Of a stretch of 64,000 nt of DNA, positions 38,001 through 53,000 are shown one piece after another; the first letter of the stretch is position 1; every line of letters begins with the position of its first letter. The position numbers and the translations under genes are program-made. The notes below the pieces were generated by a model, which saw only the letters and a list, made by a program, of their open reading frames with translations, was not told where the DNA came from and did no database searches. The stretch comes from Lingula anatina (lineage: Eukaryota; Animalia; Brachiopoda): contig CM120640.1 of the NCBI GenBank assembly GCA_051362555.1, positions 47,346,788-47,410,787 on the forward strand. The letters run 5' to 3'.

Positions 38001-41000
38001 GGAAAGCATTATATCACCTCTGCTTGACTACATAGTCAGAAATCACATGGCATACACCCCTATCCAAATGAATTTGCAATTCTTTGGTCCACATCAGATG
38101 ATGTTTTTAACCTTTGCAACTCCCAGATTTTGGAGATTAAATGAAGACTGTTTATACATTTTGTCTTGGTTATTGTAATTTCATAAAAAGAGTTATATAT
38201 GTTAAACAATATGCAGTGGCAAAGATCATGTTAATATTTAATGATTATTAATAATTGTGGTACCATTTTTAATTATTACAGGTGATGCTCTCTGACCAAA
38301 ATGGCAGCAATGACTTTGTGGGAAACAGCCAGGCACTGACTTTTCCTAATAACAGTTACAACATCACACGGTCTGTCAGTTTCTTTGTCCTTGATGATGA
38401 CATTCCTGAAAGAGATGAGGTATTCACTCTGCAGTTGTTGCTGTCCACTAATTCTTCAGAAAAAGCTATGAAGGGGGATCCATCAGAGGCCACCATTACT
38501 GTTCGGGCCAATGATGATGCATTTGGAATATTTGCCTTTGCTGAAGTGAGTAATAAAATGACCAGATTTTACTTCTTTCTGTTAAATTTATAAAAGGTAA
38601 TCTGAAATTGTGTATTCCAAAAAACCTTTTTTATTTTTTCTAAAAATCATAAACCTCAAGTGCTGAAATGAGTTTGTCGATGCCAGAAAGCATTCGATTA
38701 GTTGTGAAAAATGTGTTATTGGAATATGTAATATGTTTTAAAGTGTTATATACCCACACAAAAGGAATAAGTACACTTATACAGTGATAATTCATTCAGA
38801 GAGCAAACAAAAATTTTCTTACAGTTTACAAACTAAAGAATGGTTTTCCATCTTCTTCTTTGCATATATAAGGGGGTTTGCACCCCCATCACATATGGGG
38901 GACACTTATGAACTATCACAGTTTAGATATAAGGCTTGGGTGCACAAACCAAAATTGTACACTTCTGAATATGTTTTGAGTGCCACCAACCATGTGAGCC
39001 ATGCTCATTATGTTTTATATGATAATGCAATCCCCACACATAATTCATCGAACAGCTGTTGTGTAATAGTGATGAGTATTTTGGTACTTAAAACTACTGT
39101 GTATGTGTTTGATAATTGACTGTGACTTTCAAGAGAAAACACTGTGTTTTCCCATCTTGCCCATTGTTTTAACTCTAATTTCACACAAAAACATAAATTT
39201 CTTTTGACTTGATCTGACCCTTGATCGTCATGGCAAGATTGATATGGCTTCTTTTCTTTTTGTTGTAATTTCAGTTCAGTTTTTTATTTAAGTGAGAAAT
39301 GCTTGTAGGCGACATTTATTACAACATATAGATCTCAAATTACTTAATGGCTTTATCACAGTTTTTTTTTTCAAATGATTACAGGAAATGGTTGTAACAA
39401 CGAATTTTTTCTATTTGTGGAAACAAAGGGTAGACAAAGTTTCCGAGGGAATAACCAAATATTGACAAAATTTTGAAAGAAAGAGTTTTTGGGTGTACAT
39501 GAATTTACTGAAGCTTGAAATGTCAATGTGTTCATTTTAAGCAGTGAGTTAAGTGTTTTCGGAAAACTTTGGTAAATTAATCTTGAATTTAACAGCCAAT
39601 CTCAACTTAAATTTATTCCTGCAAATTGCTGTGAAGGGAAGCTGCTTTCATTTACTTCTTCAGCTTGCAATAGTCTAACAGTATTCTCATTTTTCTCAGA
39701 TATCTGCTTTACTTGTTCCAGTATACAGGAATGCCGTGACAATTAAACATCAAAGTTGTAAGACATCAGTTTGATATTTGTCTTTAAGATATATCATGAT
39801 ATAAGATCCAATGATTGGATATTATATAAAATAAACAGGTTTCTTCTAATGGTTTGATGGTTTGGAAAACCAGTACCAGTAGGGTGGAAAAATATCTAAA
39901 ATTACCACCTGTACAAGTATGCTGGTGTCTCTCTCATCAAAGAAACTCCATACATTATTTTTAGAAATACTTCTCATTCTTCCTCCAACAGTCTAAAAAA
40001 ACGTGTTCTGGATAATAGAAATAGCTGAACTGAAATCTCAGGGAGTTGCTGATTTCTAGCACATGTAAAGCTGCATCAGTTGAATTGACACAGCAGTGCT
40101 CAGCTGATACTTTGATAGGAGCCCTTGCAAATGTCATGGTGTTCCAGCACCCTGAATCCCAGACCAAGTGTAATATTGATTTGATTTCAATGTCATGGCC
40201 CGGAAGCAACCTGGAGGCCACTCTCTGTTTGATGCAGCAATATTTTCTGGAAAGCCTTCTAAAAACTGCTGCAATATTAATCTATTATGCTGTTCTTGCT
40301 CCCCTAGATTGAAATTAAGGACATTTTTGTCAATGTCCAGTTGGAGCTTTGGTGAAAGCTTGGGTTTATGTCAATTAAGTATACTGTTTGTAGTGCTGTG
40401 GCATATATCTGTAGGAAATAACATACCCAGGGTTTGAATTTGCCCTAATTTACCCAGACAAAACTAATTAACAGGTAATAATCAATTCCTACATGTTCCT
40501 GTGAACTACTCTATATATTAGTAAAGAATGTGTGGACACTGTTACAAATACCACTTTGGTGCTCACTGGGTTTCAGAAAAAAACTGTACAATTAAGAAAT
40601 CAGTGATTTAATAGCAGAGAATCGGATTTAAATATGTTAGCAGTTAAAATGTTTTTATAGTGTTCAAGGTCATTTGAGAGCCACCTAGAAAAAAATATAG
40701 TTGTTCTTGGAGTTACACCTTGTCAATTTCAATGAGTTCCAGTGTCACCTTGAGTGATATTTCACTTGCTTCCCTCATTTTGCTTTGACTTAGAGTTCAG
40801 TTAATCTTCTTGGTGAAAAAATAAGATAAGGAGATGTTGTCCACTTTATTACTGGTTTATTTTACATCAGATATTTTTAAATTTTAATTTGATAGCAATA
40901 TTCCTTTTGATGGCTGTTTAGTTCCATTAATGAAGTGAAAGTCAGAAAACATTGTGGAACTCAGGGTTTAAAAAATGACCTTTAATATGAGATTTTTGCT

Positions 41001-44000
41001 TGACCAAAATGGAACATCAGAACGTTCAGTATATAAGGAGGTGACTTGAATTGAGATGATATCATGTAAATCATTCAAGTAAAATGAATTCATTTTGAAT
41101 TTGAAATTTTATGTTTAAAGCTGTTTGAGTAAAACAAGCAGCAATGTCATGTATGTCACACTAAAATAGTAAAAAGAAATAGGAGTGAAACTTTCTTTCT
41201 CAGTTATCCATGAGCTGATTGTATACAACAGAACCTTGCTCAGAAATCATGTGTATCCACATAAGCAAGTCATTGAACTCCACAGCTTTATGATATATTG
41301 GAATTATATCTATCTCGACAGAGAAAAGGGATGAATTGAGCTAAAAAAAAAAAAAAGGGAAAAAAGAAAATGAGCTACTAGTATTTTCAATTTAAACTTA
41401 TATTTATGCGTATTTTAACTTTTATATTTCATAATAATATTAAGCAATACCCAATTCTGTAAAACATATATTACACACAATTATACTATGATTTAATTTA
41501 TTCATGTGTAATAGGCTACTGGTAGAATCAGGCATAGTAATTGCTATCAATAATCAATTGTTGCCAGGTTGATTTTGTTTTGTATCCATCTACCCTCCTG
41601 AACGGTTTTTTCACTGTTCTGCATAAATCTCTTCTTTTTTTTTATGTTTCTTTTACCATTCACTTCAACCTATGTTGCTGTTTAACCCAGATATGGTGCT
41701 TGTAAATGTGTGGTAGCATTTTACTTGTACATAATGAGCTGAATGGGCTGAAGATAGTCTTTTGATATGCTGGCTTGTATGGTCTTTACTGCTCCACAGA
41801 GTGGAAAGTTGAAAAATATTATTGCAGAGTATCTTGTTGGTTTGATTGGAACCATCTGAATCTGAATATCCCTTGGGTGTCAATTGTACCCGTCTCTTGG
41901 AACCTTTTCTTTCCCAAAATCTACTCATATTTTGCATAAAAAAAACAAAACAAACAAATCAAGAATTATACTCCAACCTCTGTACAAGAGGCTCTGGGTG
42001 CCACCCTGTACTTCAGTTATCAATTACTTTACCTCATGTGATTAATTAATGCCTTAATCAGCTACTGGGAATTACTTCTTGAAAATGGGCTAGAAAGCCC
42101 CCTTGGGGTTAACACAGGTAGTTTTCAATATGATACTTTCATTTCTATATGGTACAGTGCAGGGTTTATGCCTGGTTAACCAGTGATTAATGAGAGGGTG
42201 GTAGTTTCTGCTTTGTCTTTGTATTATTGAGTGTCTGCTGCTTTTACAATTATATTGAATTATTTGGTTCAAGGTAGTGATGGTGGAACAAAAGTATATA
42301 TGGGAGAAGAAGTGAAAAAATATGCAAATGATTTCTTAAAGTTTATATTGTAGATAAAGATCCAGAGTACAAGTACATTTGACTTTGTTTATAAGATTAA
42401 ACAAGCTGAAGCACCCCCCCCCCCCCCCAGGAGTAGCAATCAAAAAATTTTCTGTTTACACTAAATAAAGATGCCAATGTAACAAAAAGTATGATTTAGA
42501 AAAATAAGTTACATAGTGATGCTGTAAAAGAATCATTGTCTTCCAAAAAGTCTGCACAAAGCCTGGTACATTATCATCTTGGAAGACAGGAGAGGATTTT
42601 TTTAAATAAAGCTGCATACCAACCTGGTTTTTAGCTCTCAAGACTGAATTATTAAATTCTTTAATGGATCATGGTCAAGAAAGGATCAAAAGTAAGAAAT
42701 ATTTGCCACCTTTTAGAAAGTATGGTTCGTTCGGATTTACAGAGAAGCTCCTAAAACACTGCAGCTATGGTGCCAGGTGACCACTGGTAACCTTAACTTC
42801 AACTTGCTTACTGTACTGCATGAACTCCATGAAACCCTTTACATGTTTGTTGCCAATAAATTAAATGGAGCTGTTTGATTTAGTATTGCAATTTCTTTGT
42901 AATCTAATTTGAGAACAGCTGACTTGAAATAAATATCAGTCTTTTGATGACTGCCTGTGCGAAAGAATTGAAATTGCACATTTTAAAAAATATGGACAAA
43001 ATTTCACATCTTTTAAAATTGAATCGGTGTTGTATATCTAAGCTGGAAAAAGATGAAATTGAACTGTTTTTGCACTTCTGGTTTTCCACATTTCATATAA
43101 TTATGATTTATGTCGATTACATATTTCAGCCCTCCCCATACACGGTCAGTGAGGGTCCATCCAGTGTCCAAGTACCACTCACTATACAGAGAAACAGAGG
43201 CACATTTGGAAATATTTCTGTCAATTTTGATGTAAGTTTTATGACTTAGTCTTTTAAACATATCTATCCATCAAAATTTCTGTCATTTGCTTTGTAAAGT
43301 CTGTATATAAATATATATTCTTGAAAATCATGTAAGCATGATATTAGATTATGGAATAATGTAATTTGCCTAGTTTGATGCAGTTCACATTTTTAACATT
43401 TTGTGGTACTTCTTTATTGCACCTAGCTTTGCTTCTTTTTAAAACAAAATTTGGTTTATTATACATAAACTTGTACACAATTCCCAATGCTGAAAAGCAA
43501 ATCTTTTGGGATTTGTTTTATATTTGTATCATGCATTAAGATCCGTTTTCTTTCAGTTGAGTGGCAGTGCTTTAGTATCTGAAGATATCACTCCTGTATC
43601 TGGAACTCTACTCTTTTTGGAAGGAGAATCCAGCAAAGACCTCATACTGACAATTTTAGGAGATAATGTAAGTTAAAAGGATCTATACTATGTGAAATGT
43701 CATAATGATATAATCCCTCACCTTTACTTCCTCATGTCTATACCAAGAACATTTGTCTTCCTTAGTCCTGCAAAGACCTGATTCTGGCAGTTTTATGAAA
43801 TAATTTAAGTTGAAATTATTTATAGTGTAAGTAATAAGCATGTATAACATAAATCTGCATGATGTAATGCCCAATCTTTACTTCTCTCTCTGCATGTCTG
43901 CACATGTACCAGAAAGTTCAGCTTAAGTGTAACAGGAGGAACACACACTGAGAAAAATCAAACTATATCACATGCATTAGGATTCCCATTTATCTACCGC

Positions 44001-47000
44001 AGAAGTTGGGTTGCAAGGGATAGGAGGGGGAAGGGGGTGAAATATATGAGAGGAAAAAAACTGTGAGACTTCTTCTTATGTCTGATAGTGGCACAGGTAG
44101 TCATATGTTTATGCCTTTCTTTCACTGGGTTGCAATTCAGCTCTAGGGGTCAATTAATGCCTTTTAGAGATGGAGAAAGTGGAAAATAAATGAGACACAA
44201 ATATTGACTTTTTGGGTTTTTATAAAGATGAAAGTGACATTTGTATTTTAATTAGCAATCAGTCTGGATTTTGCAAATATTTTTTCCTGTTTCCCATTTT
44301 TCAATCCTTGATTGACAGTTTCAATTATTTTAACAGATGCAGGTATGGTGTTCTCTCTGTCTTGGAGGCTTATGTAATGGCCTTGGTAAAATGTCAGTGC
44401 TTTTCATCTTATGGGTTCAAGCAGCGGTTGCAGGTCTGAACTTCTGTTGCGTGCAATAAATTTCCAGAAAAAGTGACTTTCAGACAGTGTAATGTTAATG
44501 GATACTTATTGTTTACCCCCTGTTGTCAGTTTTAGTTGGGTGATCATATTTTATATTAGGCATAGAGTTTCAGACTGAACATTTGTTGCCAGTAATGGCC
44601 TTTTCTAAAAAATGCACTTGCCTTTATGTTTTAGATAATAATTGGAGGCAATTATTTTGACAATTCCCGTCTTTTCAAAGTGTAATACATGTATTATCTT
44701 GAACTGATTTGTAAAATTATTTTTAAATTGTTATTGTTATTATTGTTAAAACAGCTGAATACTGTTTTTCTTAAGGGCAAATCCTTATTTTGAAATGAAA
44801 CAATAATATTGCCTTGCAAATGTTGTGTCAGTCAAAACAACAATTTCAAAACCACCACTATATTTTTTCAGATTCCTGAAAATGATGAAACTTTTGTTGT
44901 CACCCTCACATCAGCCACTGGTGGAGCCAGCATAAATCTTACTCAAGACAGGCTGCAATTGGTAATACCTGCTAATGATGCACCAGTTCGATTTACACAG
45001 GTTTGTGAATGTCATTATGTTTATGATTATTTTTCCTTATGGAATGTTGGTATTATATAGAAAGTATGTATTCAGGGGTGATTTAGCCATGAGACCTTCA
45101 TCCTTTATTCCTGACACAGTGCCTGTGATGTCATACTTGGATGAGGATGATAAGTATATCTGAATGGACTAATAATATCTACACACTGTAGATTATGATT
45201 TGAATTTCCCAAATTTAATTATAATACAGACAACCTCTTTGATAAAAATGTATAAATGTATTTTAAAACTGAAAAGCAGGATGTGGATGTGACTTTGACT
45301 CAACTGAAAGTAAATTTGTCTATGATATTGGTATGAGAGGAGGGAGGGGGAAGTTATTTAGCAGCAAAAGAGCTGGAGGACTTCAAACAGACGCAGTGCA
45401 GTGGGTTTAATTATCACTGTGTGAACATCAAAAACAACCCGACTCCCAAGAACATTTATTGAGTCTGAAAACTAAATATTTGGTTTGTTTATTAACCAGG
45501 AAAGAGAGAAGATGCAATACTAATGCATTGGTTGGATTCTTCTCAGCTGTTAAGGTTACCCAACGATAATGAACATGTGGAAACGACTATTTTTTCTCAC
45601 ATATTTGCTTCATTAACACCCTAGAGTGTAAAAAAGTTAACATGGTTTTTAGAAATCTCTTTGAAAGATTGGTTGGGACCAGTAAAGGAAATGCCTCGTA
45701 AATTTAATTATCTTCAGGGTTTGATTTATTTATCAAAAAGGGGAGTAAATCTTGGAGAGTGTTGCACCTCAAATATTTTGGTATGAAATTAAAGCAATGC
45801 CTTGTTATTTTGAGTGCTCGTGCAGCTTATTTCAAACAAATTTATCATGGTATGTTAGTAATAAGAGTTGTTTGTACTGTTTAGCACTGAACACAGCAGC
45901 AAATTGTAGCAACTGTAAAATTTTTGTTGAATTTGTATTGGAATTACTTGGTTATATACTTTGAAGTTACTGTAGAAAATCTTTGAGGTTTAGAAATGAC
46001 TGGAGAAATAAAAATATTGCATAGTTCCTAGTAACAAGATTTCAAATAGTTTTGATCAACATTTTAATGAGGAATAATTATAGAAAGAAAATTACCTAAA
46101 TAGAAAGTAAACAAAATATGTATTTTTATCTTGGAATCCATCAGTTGTTGTGGTCATGTCTTCTTGAAAATAAATAGTATCTTTCTCATTTTTCTCATTT
46201 GTAGTCTTTTTTTATGGCGACTAAGTTAACTATCATTTAAAATAATCTTTTCAGGGTGAGTACAGGGTAGAGGAAACTGCAATGTCCATAGATCTTTCTG
46301 TCACAATAACACGAGGCCTTACTGAGGACGGCCAGACATTTATTGGGCCTATCACTAAAGATGCGTATGTGTATGTAACTTGTATATCAGGCTCAGCCAC
46401 TGCAGGACAGGATTTTTCTTGTGCTTCTAATACTAGTTTGGTTTTCCAAGCTGGTGAGACCAGTAAAAGTTTTACCATACAGATATTACCAGATGATGCT
46501 GCTGAGATTGCAGAGGAATTCTACATTGTGTTGTTTAATCCTAGCTCTGATGTTGTTGTAAGTGATCCGTATAATGTTAGCGTTATAATTGGAGCCAATG
46601 ATGAAACACACGGAGTGTTGAGCCTCAAATCACCCAGTGCTACGTCCTTCCCTCAGACCTATGTCAATGAAGACACCACGTCCCAGCTGACTTTCTTCAC
46701 AGTTATCAGGAGTGGTGGAGCATTCGGCACTGTCTCTGTAGACTGGATTCTTTCTCGCAATGACAGCAACCCAGACTCTGCCGCCACTGATGTGACCCCT
46801 GTATCTGGAACTGTTCAGTTGAGTGAGGGCATGAGAGAAGTGCCCATAGTTCTGTCTATTGTTCAGGACTCCAATCCAGAACCCATGGAGATGTTTTTTG
46901 TGCGGCTTCTGCCAGCGACTGTAACAGGAGGAGCGAGAGCAGAAGGAATATTGGAAGGGTCATTGATTGTTGAGGATAGTGATGATGCTTATGGCAGCTT

Positions 47001-50000
47001 TATTCTTGGAGATGATAACTTACAGGGTTTGGTTACAGTAAGTCCATCTTAATGTTACTTGTTAGTAATTACAGAAAGAAAGTGGAGAAGAAAATTCATT
47101 TGCCATAAAAATAATTTTAAATATTGCTGAATTTAAATTATCCAGTTTTTAGAAGCATTTAAAAGCAATTGGTTTATATTAAATTTTATTTACTGAAAAC
47201 TGGCAATTATACATTAGATTAATACATCTTCTCAATGTGCACATGCATATGTGCTTTTACACATTGATTTTTATACATATCTTTAACTTAAGGTATCAAT
47301 ATTTTTTTACAATTCAAATTGAAATTCAAAATTAAATGTTGAAACTTACAAGTTTTACAATTTTATAATTTTGATGATTTTTTACCTTTTTGACACTGCT
47401 TAAAGATATTTATATCAAAGACATTGTATTGTTAGACATCAGCCCCAAGACGCCTGAGAATGACCATTGTGAGAAATGGTGGGCAGCTTGGAGAGGTGGT
47501 TATTACATACAACATTGAATATAGTGCTGTTGGAGTAACAGATCTCAGTAAGTTATGTAAAAAAATTGTAATATTATATACACCTGTAAGTACTTTACAA
47601 TATGGAGATATTTACAAAATTATAACCAACAAAGATCATTATCCTTTTAGGTTACATATGTAACAGCTACATTATGTTACATATGTAACAGCTACATTAC
47701 CTCTGATATTGTTAACTGTGTCAATAATTCCACTGCTGTAGCAATTGCCAAACATGGATGTATCTTGTTCCTTCGAAATATTTGAAATGGGAATTATGAC
47801 TTAAAATTGCCTTATCCTTTAAGACATATTCAACATCAGTATGCCATCAACTGTGACAGTGTCAGAAGGCACAGGGAGTGTGACGGTGGAGGTGCCCATC
47901 AAAGAGAATGCCTTCCTGAAGGTGGGAGGAAGTATAAGTATTCAGTTGATTAGAGCTACTTTGGCCAAGGGTAAGTGTGACTGATTTAGAACTTTGTTTT
48001 TTCCACCTATACAGGGACATTGATTGATAACTTATGGTTTTTATGCAATTTTTTTCTGCCAGCTCCAGTCCCCCTCTCAGCCTTTCTTCTGTCAGAATAA
48101 TTTATTTTGTGATGATAAAAAGAAAGTAGTTATTCCACTCTATTTGAAAAGTATTGGAGAAGCTTAACTTTGCATCTAAGAAATAAATGGCATAACAATA
48201 CAATTGTCAGTACAAGAAGTATGTAGCCTAGTTATTTTACATTATTTCCTTTCAATTTATTGATTTCAGCTTTGCCAGTAGGTCCCTTCAACAGCCCAAG
48301 AATCGGAGCTCAGAACAATTCCACATTTCAAGTAACAGGGGCAGATGGCAATGGAGAGATTGGATTTGCTGTTACAGATGTGGTTAGAATAGCAGAGCCA
48401 AATGCTACTAGTTCACAGGTAGGACCCATGTTTTTGGTTACACTGAATACTTTTAACATGTTCTGTTTCAGCGCCAGATTGTTATCAGGTTTTTAAAAAA
48501 TATTTTGATTAAGGAATGTAGTGTAAAATAAAAGAAAGAAAAAATGTAGTCATTGATATGCAGATGGTACAAGATAATGATTTCCTAAATGACCCAAGCA
48601 AACCTGGTCTCCGTAACTCGAAAGCATCGTGAATTGCGAATAGTGATATCACCTTTTATTTGGAAGCTATTATATGAAGTGAGTAAATCCCAAGTTATGG
48701 AATAGAGACGCTTGGGCTCGGTCGCAATTCGCAATGCTTTAGAGTTAGGGAGCCCTGGTGTAAATTAGATGGATTGTGGTTGTTGAGATGCAGGCACAAT
48801 CTAACACAATTTCCTTGAACAAGACTTCTTTTAAGATCATGATTTTTAATGATTGTGGACATTGATGAATTGTCTTTTTATCTTGAAGGTGATTTTTTAT
48901 GATATTATTAAGATATTATTATAATAATAATACAAAGAACTGATAATTTTGAAGGTATTAGTATTGTAATTATTGTTTTCATAGAAATTGGAGGTAGCAT
49001 TGATAAGAGACGGCACTAATGGAGCAGCCACTGTGTACTGGACTCTGGCAGGATCTGGTGACAATGCATCATATGTCACAGCTGGGGATGCAGGGCCCAC
49101 CAGTGGGACAGTGGTGATGACTTCAGGTAAGACAGAAACATGGACAGATCAAAAGATATTAGCTGAAAAAAGTTCAGAATATTTGGTGTTAAACAGTTTT
49201 ATAAGGTTGTATGTTGTGTGTTTTGAATTCCTTGTTTTTTTGTTTTGTTTTTTTTGAGGACCCAGTTTCAATGGAGGGTTAATGTTTATCAGCATGACAG
49301 GATCTCACAATCAGTACATGTGTTTCATTATCTAGCTCTGTGATAATTGATGTAATTAACTGTTTTGAACTAATGGTAATTAAGAATTAGCAGTAAAAAT
49401 ATATACTAAAATTGAAGACTCATACATCATGTCTATCTCTGATGTGTCATGCAGCTTCTTCTGTTGTGCCTGTAAATAAGTCTATTTGGGAAGTAATTCT
49501 TCCCAGTTGTCAGGATTTTACAAATTGACATAAGAGATATAAGCATGAGCTTAATGCATGATATAATCCATTTCAGGTCAATCACAAGCAACAATCACCA
49601 TCTATATTTACCCAGACATCATACCAGAGATTGACGAAGAAATGACCTTGACCTTAACACGAGTGGAACCTTCAAACACCCAAAAGTTACGCACTGGGGC
49701 TAGTGAACTGAAGATAGTTATCACAGAGAATGACAACCCAGGAGGGGTGTTTGAGTTTTCAGAGGCAATGAATAGTTATTATGCAGTGCAGGTGAGATTA
49801 TTATGGATTAGGGTAGGAAGTTGTTGTAAAAAGTCTGGCATTTTCTTCTTATGATTGTAATCAAATAATTTATTTGATACAAATGAGCTACTTACGCAGA
49901 AAAAAATGAGAGAATTTGGGTATAGTTCTGAAAATAATATAAGTGAAGCAACTGGTGAGCTGGACAAATCTCCATGAGGCTTTTTCCCATTTTTGTATGA

Positions 50001-53000
50001 ATAATTTACCTCACATCTCTTCAAAATGCCATTTTTAGGCAATATATTTTATAACTATGATGTCAGACATTAAAAGTATTTGTGTCCACCTGCCTTAGTG
50101 ATGTCTCAGTCTTGGTAATTAATGATGTTTTCTTAAGTATGTCATTTTCTTTGTGTGTTTTAACAGTTAAAACCCTCTGTGCTTTCAAGTGTTTTTAATG
50201 ATGATTCATTAATTATATTTCCTCCCCTCTAACAGCAAGACACTGACTATGTTCTCATGGTGGGTTGCTATCATATAAATCTTTATGTAATATCCCTGTT
50301 CTCTTTAATATTTACATTTACTACATTCATGTTATCATGGAATGCTGAATATCTTACTACTGGCAGGCATGTGCTTGTTTCTTTAATGTGCATGTACTTA
50401 TAACTTAAATGATGTATTACATAGTGAATGCCTATCCTACTGCATATAGTGTCTCCCTGATGGAATTTTATTTTTCCTCTGTAATCAATGAATTGCTACT
50501 GAAAATAGCTCTTACATTTCTTTAATAGCTTTTTATCTACAGAGTAGTGAGTAGGACTCAAAATTAATATTGGTCCTAGGTAATGGTTATTTTACTTTTT
50601 ATAGTCACTTAATGACATATTTGCTACACTTGCAACTTAAAAGTCAGCACTATCCATGAAGGTTTTTCTTCGTAATATACAACTTCAAATGACTGAGCAA
50701 TGCAGAACATTGTATACCTGGTGACACCTGTAGTTTCTGTCATTTTCCTTATCATGTTGTTGGTATTGGGTAAAAACTTGCATCTTCTTATTTCTGCTTG
50801 TACATTGACAAGATACTGCATTTAGTAATGCAATACTGCAACTTTTGTAAGAACAGAGTATAAAGGTGGGACATTCACTATTTAATATGTGTGTAGATAT
50901 GTAGTAGTGCATGAACATAAACATGCATTTCACCATCACACATCTATGCATCATCTTGCTAAAAATATTGATTGAGTATGGTCATTTCTACCTTAATGTT
51001 ACTAAAAACACTATTAGTTAAATGAACTCAGTTGCTGCTTGTTGTATTGTGATATATGAAGAAAATATGATATGGTGATTGCCCTCATTATATACATTGT
51101 ATACATATATTTTTTCACACTCCTAATTGTATACCAGTTTTAAGATTTGTGAATAATTTAGAATAAAAAAGATTGTATCAGTGAGTATGAATACCCAGTT
51201 TTAACACTGCAGTTACATGCATATACACATGCTTAGATCTGCATGCTAGGTGATTACTTTTTCATATGATGATCTTCATGGCTTTTCCTATATAACTGAA
51301 ATTGCTAGTCTATGTCTATGAAATGTTTATGATATTTTATCATTGTTTTTCCACATAAATGTTTAGTTTGTGCACAGTTTTAAGTTAGATTTATGAAGAT
51401 TTTTTTTTTCAATGTTCAGTTTGTTATAATATCACAGGTTAAGCACTATTGTTTGTATAAGGTGCACTGACTTTGTTACAGTTTCTGAGTTATTTTGCAC
51501 ATGAGAGTCCATGGCACTGGAGAGATTTAAGATTTTAAAAGTTGAATTGTGGCTTGTAAAACAGTTTATAATGTTTTCTTTCCAACCTCATAGGAAGAAG
51601 GCCAAGCTGTGGAATTCTCTGTTGTGCGCACAGGGGGTGACTTGGTTGTGAGAGAGGTGCAGTATTACATTGAGCCAAATGGAGATCAGGAATTCTATGG
51701 AGCAACAAATGTGCTGAAATTTCCACCAGGAGTTCATTCCCAAAATTTTACAATAATTGCAAGAGGAGATAATGTGCCAGAGGTATTTTTTCTTTTTCTT
51801 TCTTTTTGACATCACTTTATATTGACACCAGTTTCTCTTAAAAATAAGTAGATTATCTAATATCTATTCTCTTCATGCCCATATGCAACTGATTGTTAGA
51901 TTTTGAAGTTAATATATGGATGGAAAGGAGTCATACCAAAAATGCACACAATAGAATATATTTTAAAACTCTCCAATGGCTGTTCACCTATGTGAACAAC
52001 AAGCCAGTCATGATGAAGGCCATACAAGGAAATGTAAAAATCTCATATATCCTCACAAAATACCACATTCAGTCTTTTTGGAAACTTCTCAACATCATTA
52101 CACAAAAGACAATTACAACCCTATTTCACTTTGCTTTACAGTTGTCAGAGAATTTTGCCCTCAGGATCAGAGATTACAAAGGCTCCAGTGCAGTGATAGG
52201 TCCCAGGAGTAGGATAAACATCACAGTGCTGGAAAATGATGATGCACGTGGTGTAGTCAGTTTTGCTCAGGCAAATTTACAGAGAACTATAGGTAAAGTA
52301 CGAGTGTGGTCATTAAAAAGAACATTGGTAATTGTGTGCTTTTTAAAAAAGATTAAAAGGATGCTAGATGTTTTGGAGACAAAAATTTTAGATTGGATTT
52401 TGTCAAAAAACAGTGCTATATTTGTGTAAAGAACTTGCATTTAGCACCAGTATTTAAAATGAAAATTGAAGAAGGTGCTTTTGAGTCTAAAGGTGCATTA
52501 CAGAGACAGCAGATTACACTTACATGTACCAGAAAAAATTTTCACTATCTACTATGTCCATTTTAGATGAAAGCAAGGGCTCAAATATCTACTCAGCCGA
52601 ATTTCCACTGTCCAGACAGCGAGGATTGTTTGGAATGATTGGCATCCAGTGGCGTGTGGAACCATTGAATAATGCTGATGTTGCACCTCTCACAGGAACA
52701 GTGGAGATGGTAGAGGGGCAGAGCAATGCTGTCATTACTGTCCAGTCAAGACCTGATAATGTATGTTACTATCAATGTTCTGATGCACTATCATGATGGT
52801 AAAAATACCAATCTGGATTGCTTGACAAAAATGTTTCTGTACAATCATCAAACTTTTTTTGTAATAAAACTTTATGGTCATGTGGTAATGGATGTTTCAT
52901 ACCTGAGGTGCTATAAATATTTTAAAAAGTTAAAGTATTAAATTGAATGTTATAAATATGTAGAAAAAGAGGATTTTTAAAAGAATTAATTTCAGATTTA

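Noticed and set aside
39961-40437. Overlapping 80-88 aa ORFs on both strands in an ADGRV1 intron
   Set aside because: No recognisable domain, and the ADGRV1 frame is complete without them.
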